A DNA stretch of 63,210 nucleotides, the filler included, from Intoshia linei (taxonomy: Eukaryota > Animalia > Orthonectida): assembly GCA_001642005.1 (NCBI GenBank). It is 6 parts of 6 records of this genome, joined end to end, with 100 filler letters (N's around TTAATTAATTAA, not from the genome) between each part and the next. Parts side by side here need not be neighbours in the genome. Positions count along the whole stretch, not along the records: positions 16,208 to 37,397 come from LWCA01000658.1; positions 37,498 to 43,717 come from LWCA01001701.1; 4 more parts are not named here. One strand, written 5' to 3'. The stretch's first letter is position 1, and the number at the start of each line of letters is the position of its first letter. The notes under the pieces are model-generated. The model was not told where the DNA came from, searched no databases, and saw only the letters and a list, made by a program, of their open reading frames with translations. This document shows positions 25,509 to 38,703 of the stretch, one piece after another. The position numbers were made by a program, and so were the translations under genes.

Positions 25509-28500
25509 TTACTTTAATGCGGTTTGAAATAAATTCCTTCTTTGTTCTCTAAATAAACTATGTCTATTACATGCGAGGGTTGTATCAATTTCTTTTAAAT
25601 TATAATCACTAAATATAAACATAATAAAATATAAACGTTATAGAATACACAGATTTTTTATTTGTAAAAATATCTACAGAAGCATCCCTATCATCCACCA
25701 ATCGAAGATATTCCTTAAATGATAATAAAAATAAAAGAATATTTTATAATATAATTAATACAATATGTATATTAGGGCTGTTAGTTTTTGACAAAATTCC
25801 ACCCCCTACCTTGAAGAGGATACTCGAAAACCCATAAAAATTTTTTTTATAAAAAAACACTGTAAAAACATCTACACTTTTTGAATATTTTCTTACAAAA
25901 AGACAGTCAAGATTGTCTCCTAATACTATTTTTAAAAACCTATTTTTAACCTGAAAGACTGAATAAATAAACTTTTTATTATATTTTTGCTTATAATGTT
26001 TAATCGTAGAAAATATTCTAACTTGCACTGAAATTAAATTCATTGTATTTTTAATTTCAAGGTGAAAAATAAAAAATGTTTATCATTTCGACAATTAGAG
26101 AAAATTTTTTGACGTCTCATCTATTGATGAAAATTTTTATTGTGTATTTATGATGAAAAACTGTATGTGAAATTGTTTGTATGTGTTCATAATGAATACT
26201 TCATAGTAAAAGTCATTATATTCTTTATTATACTTTAATACATTTAAAGATGATTTAAGTTATTCTTAAAAAAGTAATTGCCGGTAGTGAAAATTTTATT
26301 CGGTAAATTAACAGTAATGAAAAACTCCGTAAAATTGAAACACTGATACATACAAAATCATGACAGAAGATAGAAAATATACTACAAGTAATTAAAATTT
26401 TACTTTTTTCTGAAATAGATGTTTTTTTACAATTTACTAGGGTCCTAACTATGATTATATTGTTTTTAAGATTAACAGTCATTATCATTAGTATTTAAAT
26501 AGTTAATTATAGATAATTAACTAAAAACATAATAATTATTTTAAAATCGGTCTTAAAATGAAAACGTCTGCCTGTGGGAGAGCTAGCTGACGTTTATACA
26601 AAGTACTTAACCATCAGGCTAATAATTTATAAAATTCAAAGTTTAATTACTGGATTTTGGATAATTTCAGAAATAGCGTTATCCATTGAATCGGAGTTAT
26701 TCATGACCGCAGATAGAACCATATTGTATGTTGCACACGGTAATAAATTCATTATTTGAGGTATCTAAATTAATTATAAAATGATTTTAAAGGAATGAAC
26801 CATATCCGTGTATGAAAATTGATATTGTGGAAATTCTGTAACTCTACCACTTTCATTAAAGTTGATATTGTTGGTGCGATTTATTTCAAAAGTAAAAACA
26901 GGAAACCAAGATATATATCTGGAAACTACGCAATAGTGAATATTAAATAAAAAATAAGATGTAAAATTACGATTCACAAATAATCTAGAATTTTGATTGT
27001 ATGAACCAAAATAATGACTTTGCGTATAAGTATTAGAATATATACAATAAGTTTTTCTACAAGTTGGACATGTCCTATCACGTTCAAACCAAGTTTGTAT
27101 ACAGTGACTAAATTAATATAATAATGTACATTTATAAAACCGCAAGTAAAATAAACACATAAACAATAAACCAGTGGTCATAAGTAATATCAAATTAAAA
27201 TTCTAGTTTTATTATTCGGACCTTAATTTAAAAAAACCAATTCTAGACAATGGATACAAAAACATACAAAATATAGAAATAAATAAATATTTTACATTTT
27301 TAATTGACATCAATATAAAGGTAAAATAATGGCCACCCTGATTTATACAATATGACGTTTACCATTCCTTCATAATCAAGTTCATTAAAAATATGTATGA
27401 GTCATATTTTCTAGAAAAAAATACACGGTAACTCAATATCAACGTTTTTTTAGGTGAAACCAAAGTAGAAAAATAGAATCAATAATTATAAAAGGCTTGA
27501 ATCTACACAATCACATAGTAAAGGGTTAACTGTATTTACAAAAAAATAATACTGATGAAAATAGTGATTGCAAGGTAATTGACGAGCAGTATTCATAGGC
27601 ATCCAACAAATAGAACACATTTGGTGAATAGTTCCAATTTGATCATTTGTAATTAATGGGAATCTAATATTAAATAACTAAAACAAATATAATGAAAACT
27701 TTAAGTTCATGTCTTTTGAAATGTTTCTACTTCTAATGTGTCTGATATATTTATTTAGAATTTTCATTAATATTTTATGGATTCTTGTTACAATAACAAT
27801 AGTCGCAACACTAATTACCAAATTTGCAGATGACCAATTCTATTTTAAATATATAAAAATAATCAGATAAATACTACCAACATATGGAAATGATGGAATA
27901 GGTCCAATAATAGGTACACTGTATCAAATAAAAAGTCATTGGCATAAATGTACGAAAAATATAGATCGTTGGTATTGTCGTTTCGGTACCATAAATGAAT
28001 TGAGTGACTAAATAGTCAAGCATTACAATAAATAATATTTGTCCGGAATGAGGTACATTGTAAAATAATGTTTTATAATACATTGTTCCCTATACCTAGA
28101 CGGTAGTGAGACTAAATTATGTAAGGTAAATAAAATCAGAAATATAATAAACTATCCTTTTATTGCAGTTATTTATTTTATTTAAGTGTTTTTAGTAAAT
28201 TGAAAATAAACTCAAATATTCAAAAAAATTTTGAAAAATGTTACTACATTATACAAGTACACCAAAGTACATTATAATCTAGAAGAAATATACTAATCAA
28301 ATACTACTGGGTATTCAATCGACACATATCAGAAATAAATATTAAGAGGAGTAATTCTAAAATTTTTATAATTTTTTGAATAAAATTTATTAATATTTTG
28401 GATATAAATTACCTTATTATTAAGTGAAGAGTTTCAATAAATAACATTATACTCTAAATTAATGATAATAAAATTAATATCAACACACCTCATTAATTAA

Positions 28501-29133
28501 AAGAATGAAGATGTTCCATCCGAGAGATATGCCAGCAAAAACTGCAATTACGGAGAAAACAGCTGTTAAAGACTGTAACCCAAACAAGAGAAACATCATC
28601 CTTACTGATTTTTTTGAAAAATGAGTTTCATGTAACCTATCCGAGTGGATAGTTTTTTGAGTAAACATGGATAATCGAAAAGAACAAGCTTTTTGAGTAA
28701 GGTGGACAAATCCAGTAAATGTAAACCAAAGAAACCACAGGCACAGTGTATTTATGGCAACCACAATAACACCGAAAAGTATTGTAAATTTGTGAAAAAT
28801 AAAATTCCAAAACGCGTTTTTAATATATTGTAATTCACTGGTGTTGAGAGATGTAAAAACCCACTTTTCAATAATTTTAGAAACTATCAGCAAATAACAT
28901 ATGGACGTATTGATCAAAACCCAATTTGATGAAATGTTACCGAATAAAAACGTCATCACATAATATATGATGTTAGAACGAGTTTTTCTACAATTATAAT
29001 TTAAATCATTTGGTAAACAGTGAGTTTTCATAGGTGGATAATTTTTATATGCATATATAGCGGTAGAGACAAATAAAATAGAAGAAAATGCACAGTAATA
29101 CCGAAAGATAACATTCTTATACATATAAAACAT
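25509..29133 (-). CDS. AMFR: ERAD E3 ubiquitin ligase AMFR/gp78-like (TM domain, RING-H2, CUE); multi-exon, 3' exons approximate
   Basis: The N-terminal multi-TM exon has WVLINT and FWNFIFHKF. The RING-H2 reads CSICWMPMNTARQLPCNHYFH|HHCIQTWFERDRTCPTCRK, followed by SRYISWFPVFTFEI (AMFR SWLPSFSVE-like). A CUE-like IMNLLPCATYNMVL...SMDNAISEII lies at about 26650-26764; the last exon is ...REQRRNLFQTALK*. Confidence 0.85.
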
Positions 29134-29398
29134 TTTTCAATAATAGTTTTTAATAAAGATATCATCACTTATCAAGACAACACTAAAAACTAAGCAACCG
29201 ATAAAACGTTAGAAAAAGACCATTCCTGATATCACCCATAGAGTTCATGAATTCTCCAAATCTCGTTTGTAAAGTTAAAATTATGAACTAGACATGTAAA
29301 TAGTTATTCTGTCATTTATAACAAGTAATATATAAACACGCTTTTGTTTCTTTTTGGCTTTTAAAATTGATTGTTTATCATGGTTCACAAATGTTATA

Positions 29399-30643
29399 CA
29401 GTCAACTCTTGTTAGTAATCAATTCATTAAGAAACAATCGCAATTTGAATAGCAATAGTAGACAAAAATTGAGTGAATTGTTACTATTGACGATTTAATA
29501 GTAGACAAATAAAATAAAAACAAATTTAAAGTGTTAAAAAATTAAAAATAAAAAAAATTTCACTAAATGAAAAATTATTATTGAATTAAAATTATTGTTG
29601 ATGGATCAATGTCCGGCACATCCACCCGCACAATTTTTATTTTCAGATAATATGGAGTATTATATAGTCCTCCAAACACAACCTCACTGATCCAACCACA
29701 GGATCAAAGCATAATAAGGTCATTAAAATATAGATATAACCAACATTTCTTTAAAAATCTGGTTAAATGGCGCTTAAACTTAGTAATGAAAAATTACACG
29801 ATACAAATATGCATAGGCAATGTATTTAAATCTTGGAACGAAATAAATCATATTATATTCACTTAGACGTGGAAAAACATTGAGGGAATTGAAAAATCAA
29901 ACAAAATTGAAATGTATCAATTTGATTAAGTGCAGCTTTTAAAAAGTTTAAAAAAATTAGAAATTGATGTTAATGAAGATGATTTGCCTAAATGTATTGA
30001 TATTAACAAAAATACAACTATAATTGATAATTTATCAGATACACAGTTTGACCAGGAGGCAAAAACTTTAGATTATATAAATTCAACTGATACTCTAATA
30101 ATGAAACTCAGAAATATCAGCATAATAACCACTACTGAAATTGAAAAATTATTCAACGTTAGAAAATTTTTGTCTGATAATTATCAGATTATATTATAAT
30201 CTATGAAAATTTATAATCAATTTATTATTTTTTTATTATTTATGTTTTCATTGTATACTGATATGAATAATTTCAAAAACATGTCGCGAAAAGGAGAAAT
30301 AAAAATTTTATAAAATTTTCTCAAGTTTTTATTTCATTTCATGAATATAAACTATTATAATATAGTTTCGAAATCTTACCCTCATTATTATATTACTAAT
30401 TTTAGATTTTTTTTGAGTATAAATAAAATTTATATTTAACTTACTTATAATTTAATTTATAAGCCATTCTAAACTTACATTGTAAATAAATTAAATAATT
30501 AAAATAAAAATTCTATAATTTTATATCATTATGATTATTAGTAATATAATATAATCATTTATTACATAACTCATTAGTAGACAAAAATGAAATAAGAGAC
30601 AAAGACTAGTTTATTTTTATTGTTTACTAACGAGATTTGACTG
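29399..30643 (+). mobile_element. pogo/Tigger element, internally deleted, with both TIRs and TA TSD
   Basis: TA|CAGTCAACTCTTGTTAGTAA...TTACTAACGAGATTTGACTG|TA. Internally it reads LLMDQCPAH and PPNTTSLIQPQDQSII (DDE_1 motifs). Confidence 0.9.
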
Positions 30644-31538
30644 TAATTCCATTCAATTAATAAACTGTTCATTTTTGCGCAATGCGTATTAGAATATAAT
30701 CTAATCATTAGAAATAATAAAATCTTCACTTTACACTCATTCAATTAAAAAATTGGACAATTTTTAATTTTTATATATATTTGAGCTGGGTGATGTTTGT
30801 ACGTACTAACCTAGCAACATCATATAATATCTATAATACATATACTCTAAAAGACCAATAATACATATATTTCATAAACAAATCTTATGTTAAAAAACCA
30901 CAAAATGAACAAGTTAAATTTTACCTTTAAGACTTGAACATAATGACCACATAAGTGACATAACCATAAATAGTGCATCATGCATTACAATAATATTGCC
31001 CATATAATGAAACTTTTAGATTTATAGTATAAAAATGAGGCCCAATTGTGACACATTTTACAAAAATGTCTGAAAGTTTATACTAAACCAAATTTTAATT
31101 TTAATTAAATTTAATTGTTAAGTTAATAAATAATGTACACAAATTTATATAAAATAAACGATAAATAATACATCAAATTGAAAAATAAAATACATTTGAA
31201 ATTGGATTGGTTCATAACCAAGTAAGTTATGTATAATTACACAGAATTTTCAAACAAAAAAACGAATATGCATTCGGATAGATTTGGGTTGTTCATTTTA
31301 AATAATGTACAATTATTAGACCGCGGAAACATCTTACCAGTACGCCGAATGAAGCAAAATATAAAAATTCGGAATTTTCTAGACGAATAATTCAAAAAAT
31401 GTCTTCCACGTACGATGATGAAATCCCCTTATTAGATGGTTAATTTTATAAAATATAAAATAATTACATAAATGTAGAATTGGGAATTAATTTTGATCAT
31501 ATAAGAAGAAAGGTGATTTAATTTTACTTTTTACAGAT

Positions 31539-33594
31539 TTATAAAACTGTTTCATATTTCAGCATATCTTTTTTAATAGAATGTGTTGTAAGTATTTTTA
31601 CATTATTTTCTTTGTATGGTATAATTTGTATAGCAGTTGTTGCGATTGTATTATCTTCACCAACTTCTAAGTCTTCTGTTTGAATATGTAGCAAGTTGTC
31701 TATTTTGGTCCAAACATTATCATTTTTTGAAATGTTTTCTTCAGTAGGTGTGAACGTGGTATCAGTATCTAACATGATATTGTTGTGATAAGTTATGATT
31801 TTATTGGTTTTGAAAGTCGATATTTTTTTAGATTCTATATTTTTCTCTAAAATTCCAGTAATATTGTTAGAATATTTGGTTTTATAAATTCCGGGATCTG
31901 AATTGTTGCGGCGAATGGATTTATTTTTATTACCATATAACTTTTTTTTGATTTTATGATCATTATACTTCCTAAAAATTACGCATACCATTAGCATACA
32001 GCTGAGACTCAGTAATATAGAAATTCCTATTATCATTCCAATTACGAATTTTTTATTTATTATACTGTTCTTTGATTGAACAGTGTTGGGAATAATTGTC
32101 TTAGTGGCGTTGTTCAAATTAAATATTTTTTTTTCATCCTGTACTAAATTATAGATGAGTTCATACGAACCTCCTATGTTACTGGCTTTGCAATGATACA
32201 TTTGAAAATCATTTAATGTTATATTTTTTATAACTAGAAGACTTGTAATCTCATTGCTTGTTGTGTTAATTTTTTTTTCGTTTTTGTCTATTCCTAAATA
32301 TAATATATATCAATGTTTCGCAGACTGGATTTAATTTATATTTTAGCAATGCATCTAATTTTTAGAACAAAAGATGTATCATTTTTGTGTTACTAATATA
32401 TCAGCGATTACCAAAGTCTTAAATGTACAAATGCTCATTTCATAAAAATGTCTCTCGCCCCACAATCTTTTACAAATTGTCTATCACGCGGGTAATTTGT
32501 AATAAAGCAATTTTAGCCATCCATGATGCGATAATTAATATACAATATTCAAAAATTAAAAATGTAAATAGTAAAGCCTCAAATATCTATTGCTCACAAC
32601 AAAACATTGCGTTATGTTATTAATTTGGACTTTGCTTGAAATTATCATATATTACCTTTGTGTAATGTAGCATCGTAAGCCCAAGTTATATTAGGCCTAG
32701 GGTCTCCATTTGCATTACATTTTATATTAATAGTTTCTCCTGGCGATGCACTAATAATAGTTTCATTGTATCCATTCGTAATTTTGGGAGGACAAGCAAA
32801 TTGTAAATAATCTATTTCGTCCCAACGCTTATTCTGCAGATTTATGGGAGAATTGCATTTTGGAATATTTATTGAAAATTTCCAGTGTAACTTATGATTT
32901 GATTTTGTTAAAAATTTCTTTAACCACTTTAAGTGGCAAGTACAAGACCAGGGGTTATCGTGTAGTCTGAGCACTTTCAAGGTTGAAGGGAAATATTTTT
33001 CCATTTTATGACTTAATCCTATTATCCTGTTTTTTGATATATTTATTTCATTTAAATGTACCAGTCCTTCCATCCATTCATAATCTATCCATTTGATTTT
33101 ACAATTAGCTAAATTCAATTGTTTCAATGAAGTTAAAACAGTCAAATCCTGTGATTCTATATGGGTGATTGGATTGGATTCTATATTAAGATAGTCTATT
33201 TTCTTTAAATTAGATAGACCAAGTTTTGGTATTGATTCAAGATTATTTCCTTTAAGACTCAATATTCTAAGATGATAAAGTCCCCCAAACGCGTTTTCTG
33301 CTATTGATTCAATTTTATTATTTGACAAATCCAATTCTTGTAGTCGCGTATATCTCGAAAACCTTAAATTAAAATTGTAATTTTGAAATATTTTGTAACT
33401 TACATATTAACATATAAATTGACTAAATTGTTATCATTGAATCGTAAGATGGTGATATCAGCATCTATGGAAGAAGGTATTTCATTTAGATGGTGATTTT
33501 CACAGGATGCTGTTTTTTGACCCAGTATTGTTGTGATGACGCATTGGTTTTGTATGTTTTTTAGAAGAAAAACAAAAAACACATATTTTAGCAT
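31539..33594 (-). CDS. LRR + Ig single-pass receptor (Kekkon/LIG-family-like); exons about 33404-33594, 32656-33362, 31539-32293
   Basis: Signal-like N-terminus, LRRNT (CENHHLNEIP), several LxxLxLxxNxI repeats, LRRCT (NPWSCTCHLKWL...C...FACPP), Ig (CNANGDPRPNITW...YHCKASN), TM (FVIGMIIGISILLSLSCMLMVCVIF) and a C-terminal ETVL class I PDZ-binding-type motif. Confidence 0.85.
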
Positions 33595-34504
33595 AATATT
33601 GAGCGGAGATATTTTATTTTTATTAGTTGATGTATTCGCAGCATTTAAATGCACGTTATCATGCAAATTTTGATATTAATTTCACCAAACGTTGGAAGTA
33701 GATTAACTTTGAAAAACTTTTATGTATTTACCTGGATCTCTTGTTTATTTGTAAAAAATAGAGCCAAAAATTTATTTAATGCTCTAAAAAAATGTATCAG
33801 TCGATAAGAAATAAATTACTGTCACCCAGTTTTAACAATTAATAGAATGTGATTTATTTGTATTGAGTAATACCATTGCATTGAATACTAATGCGTGCAC
33901 ATAAATGTAAAATTATTTTGGAATAGTATCGGACAGTAACATTACATTAACAATTGGTTTTCTAAGAATTTATTTTTAGACTCGTTTGCAAACATAGGTT
34001 ACCAGATTTCATTCACTAACACTTTTGGTATTTTCTCAAATTCTCTTATCAATCAATCGACATATGTTCATATATTATAAATTTTTGACAATTTAAGATA
34101 TGCATTTTATTTATGAATTGTGCTAGTTTCCCTATATAGCTGGATGAATACACTTTTGATAGTAATCAATTATAAATAATCAATATTTCTACTATAGTTT
34201 AAGTTGCATATAGCATTTCAATTTTAATTTTTAATGTTTGACAAATAAAAATCTATATATTTTATGCTCTATAATAACTAATACTTTATATAGCTAATTT
34301 CGGGTTCACATGTCTTAGTCTCAATTTATTATGTTGATTGGTGTAGTTAATTGGATTATCCATGTACATTAATTAAATTTTCCGTTTAATCAGTAATTTA
34401 GTCTGAATAGGTTATTTGTTTAATTATTGTCCTGATATTACTTGTATATTTTCAATTTAATTTTTCTCAGCTTCGATGTACTATAGAAAAGGAAACATTT
34501 AAAC

Positions 34505-35039
34505 CAGGGGTGGCCAACCTTTTACATACCATGCGTCACATTTGTATCATGCAATCTCAGATGCGCCAAAAATTTTTATTAAAGTCTGGATATTAATAGA
34601 ATTTACACATAGAAATATAAACTACATTTTAATTTTTTCACAATATAGAGATATACTGTGTGGTGGTCCTTAATTAATGAGACTTTTAGGGTTGTTTTGA
34701 TTTTGTCAATTTTTGGATTTAAATGCGTCACGAGGGTATAATAATGTCCTTCCAGAAATATAATAAATCATTCATTAATTAAGACTTAATTATTAAAATT
34801 CCGGTATATCAATGATAAGGATTATCTTGTTAAATTAAGATTACCATTATAATATAAGGTGAACGGATTTTCCAGTAGATTCGGAATATTTTCAGGTTAT
34901 TTCTCCACTATCACGGATTATTGAAAGAAAATGAATCTTATTTAAAATTTAAAATTTTATTTTTAATTATTCCACAATTTAAATATATTAAAATTGCCAA
35001 TGCGCCATAGGTTGACACCTCTTGGTTGGTCACCACCTG
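34505..35039. mobile_element. hAT-type MITE
   Basis: CAGGGGTGGCCAACCT...GGTTGGTCCACCACCTG termini, with TGCGCCA subterminal motifs. Confidence 0.6.
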
Positions 35040-35969
35040 GTTAAATTTTAATCAGTACCTGTCAGGTAACAGTAGCCCCTAATAAGTAGCTACGATTTAA
35101 ATGTGAGATTTTAAAACCATTAATAAACTGTGGTAATTATGTCGTAGACCATGACAATAAATTTGATTTTGATGAGTTACCCGAAAAAGGATTTTAAAAT
35201 TAATGAATTACTAATAAAATAAATAATTAATTATAATTTTAATTCTATTACTTAGTTACTTATATCATGAATTTTTAACTATACTTAATAAAATAAAAAA
35301 TGTATTTAAACATGACTCAACAAAAATCAAATTCATCAATATATAATTTTATATAAATAAACCTAAATTGAGTATACATTAATTACATACTACACCAACT
35401 TAGACATCACATTAAATATTACTTATTTATTTATAACGGAAGAAGAATTATTAATTTTTAGTTAGCATAACCATTGTAAGATTTTACCAACAGTGTTTAA
35501 ATAGTTCTACTTAATCAAAATAAATGTATTTCAATTAAATTAAGTAATGAAATGTAATGTAGTATACTAGCATACTAGAAAAACACTTGTGATAATAATA
35601 TCCTTGCTTATATAAAGTAATTTAGTTAAAAATGTGTCTGTATATTTATTTTTCTAATTGTCTGGTACAATTTATTTAAGAAAGTAATAGGTGTAGAGTT
35701 GTAAGAATATCAATTTCTACATCGTTGTTCTCGGGTGATGTTTTATCGCAAATTTAATTTTTAGAAACTGATTCCTTTATTGTCAAAAACCCAAATTATT
35801 TTTTTTTTTAAAATTGAAACGATTCCTAGAATTATATAAAAAAATCCACAATCTGATTAAGATTTAAAATCATAAACATAACCATAAAGAGAAAACTGCA
35901 GATTATCCGTTTTTCAAAAAATGAAAATAGTCTTGAAATTTTAAAAAATATACAGTTGATACAGCTACA

Positions 35970-36712
35970 CCCTGTCGTGAAAAATTTTATACTTACCAAT
36001 TGAACGATAATTGAGATCAATATAAAAACATCATTACATTAACAAAACAGTAATTAAGCAGTGTATTTTAAGCCAGATTAATTTTAGGTTAAATAACAGG
36101 GGGGAAAATGAACGAAATTGTGTATTATTATAAGCCAAAATTATTCTATACTATTTTAGTCACAAATATTAACTAAAATTAAATCGGTAGGCATAAAATT
36201 TTTTTTTTAATTAAAACATATCCTGTTGAGGAGATTTATTTTTGTTTAAATGTGATCTTTGGAAATTTGATAATGTTATAATTCGAGCTGATTATAAATT
36301 AGATAATTGTTTATCATTGCTCTGATTTAAATTTTTAATTAAACTAATCTTCTCAATTGTTTAAAAACGTAATCTTCAGGAATTCTATTTTTTTTACACA
36401 TAACTTAATTTAATCTTGAAAGCATTTAGACTAAATTAACTCTTTTATTGTAAAAAAATTTTTTTTGGTTTAATTCTACTGATTTAATTTTAGTTAATAT
36501 TTGTGACTAAAATATTATAATATAATTTTGGCTTATAATAATACACAATTTCGTTCATTTTCCCCGCTGTTATTTAACCTAAAATTAATCTGGCTTAAAA
36601 TACACTGCTTTATTACTGTTTTGTTAATGTAATGATGTTTTTATATTGATCTCAATTATCGTTCAATTGGTAGGTATAAAATTTTGATAGGCATAAAATT
36701 TTTCACAACAAC
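35970..36712. mobile_element. Fold-back / Mutator-like element with about 220-bp highly similar inverted arms
   Basis: About 35980-36192 is almost exactly the reverse complement of about 36476-36685 (e.g. GATAATTGAGATCAATATAAAAACATCATTACATTAACAAAACAG). The spacer is about 280 bp. Confidence 0.85.
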
Positions 36713-37497
36713 CCAGTTAACATAAAAAAACTAAATGTGACATAGTCACAACTTCAGGGTAAAAAAATCACTTTAATATTCACTTATTTGTATTTGTAAA
36801 TACTTTAAAACAAAAAATTTGAAATAATTAATGGTTGTAGAATTAAAAAAATGATATTTTTATACAGCTTATTCCAGTTGATAGATACAAAATTTCAACC
36901 CTGATATCTAGGCATTGCCAGTGAAAAATAACTTTTAATATATCATTAACCAATATTCTTCAAACTTATGCACTCTTTTGAAAGGTTGATGCTAGTGAAT
37001 TTAGCATTTTTAAGTACAATTTTAATTTTGAATTTATATTTTTGGAAGAATTAAAAAAATTCACGCTTGACATATCTAGGTGATGTTTGTACGAAATACA
37101 TAACATCTAACATACCAACAATATATAACACTGTCCGACAAAATTGGCGTTTTTTTTTGATCTGGATAAAATTATAATAGTATTATAGATAATTTCAGGG
37201 TGAACAAAATGATGTAACTCTTGTGGTATGAATCGCTCAAGTTTTTGAAATAATCAGGTAATAGCTTTGTTGCTATAGGCAAACTAATTATTTCATTATT
37301 TTTATAAGTGCCTTAATTACACTTATCCTAATATAAATTTTAGAATATAAAGAATCTTTCTAGGGTAAAATTAACTGTAATTTACGATACCAAGGTTNNN
37401 NNNNNNNNNNNNNNNNNNNNNNNNNNNNNNNNNNNNNNNNNTTAATTAATTAANNNNNNNNNNNNNNNNNNNNNNNNNNNNNNNNNNNNNNNNNNNN

Positions 37498-38115
37498 ATA
37501 TATATATACAATATAAATTACTTCTCTGAAGCGCGTTGATACATTATAAAATACTAGGGTTATAAACAAATCAAATGGAATATCGGAATTAAAGTAAGAC
37601 TTGTAATTATTAAATGAAAAAAAATCGCCAATGCTACAATGAGTATGAGTACCACTGAAATAACAAGAACCACTAAGGTGAGGTGGGACAACTTTTTGAG
37701 GATGATTTTCATGAAAAATTTGTAAATAATCGTCAAGTTGATTAATGGTGAGAATCGTGCAAATGTAGCTAAGTTTGATCCGAATTTGAGGTGATTCAGT
37801 TTGCAAAATGATGCAAGCACTGACACTACCATGTCGATTTGAATCTAGTTGCAACCTCCACGTGTGGTTATCAAAAATGATGTTATCACTGATATAGGCA
37901 CAAGGAATAAAATTAGGACAATTTGGTGATAATTGTGATCTTGATGGGACTTCAACTTTTTTTTTCTTGAAGCAACCTGTCTTAATTATTTTTTGCATTG
38001 TATTAGGTTTGTCAATCTTTAATACAATGTGTACCTTTTTCCCTTTTCGAGATAATATACGTTGTATTATTTTGCATTTTTTTGTATTTGTACCCATCGT
38101 ATTAGATTGATACAT
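37498..38115 (-). CDS. Hypothetical protein with MATH/TRAF-like domain; 3' end truncated near a gap
   Basis: A 200+ aa ORF with YISDNIIFDNHTWRLQL...SVSACIIL...IKLSYICTIL, which resembles the MATH SxxFxxxxxxWxL pattern. A likely donor GAA|GTAATT lies near 37520. Confidence 0.5.
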
Positions 38116-38703
38116 TTCACATGAATTTAAACCAGTGTATATTTTACTTCAACCATAAGTCGGTCTTGTTTGGAGTTTTTATTTAATAATATTCATGTAT
38201 ATATGCACAATTACATGAAGTTATAAATTTACAAACTACAAATTTGTAGCACAAACATTTTACCAAATTTCAATTTAAAATCAATAGTATTTAAATAATA
38301 TAATATATTTAGTTTAGAATGTACATATTATTGGCATAAAAAACGTGTACAAGATGCTGCGTAACATGTTTGAGTATTACCTTTAAATTGCATTTCATTC
38401 ACACTGACGGTTAAATAATAAACTAAAATGATTAAACTTAATGTGTCGATTTCAACCCTCTATTATATTTATAAAGACTTGAAAGATTAAATCGTCTGAT
38501 ATACTCGATTATATATTCTCTCAATAACTAATTAGTTCAAATTAAATAAAATATGCCATTTATATCTAAAAATCAATATCAATAATATTGAAATAATAGA
38601 TTTGATGTACCAAGTGACAAGCCAAGTAGCCTCGTGGAAAATTTGCTTCGAAAGTAAATATAAGTAAAAAATGAAAATATTTATATACATTTAATTAAAT
38701 AAA

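Noticed and set aside
25744-26043. AT-rich ORFs of 60-100 aa (also 7184-7432, 8340-8525, 12717-13044, 15666-15860, 35832-36020, 50800-50997, 59776-60039, 61817-62041)
   Set aside because: They have F/I/K/N-biased composition expected by chance, often non-ATG starts, and mostly lie within introns or repeats; no motifs.
29930-30199. 89-aa ORF as a host gene
   Set aside because: It lies inside the Tigger element and is the degenerate transposase C-terminus.
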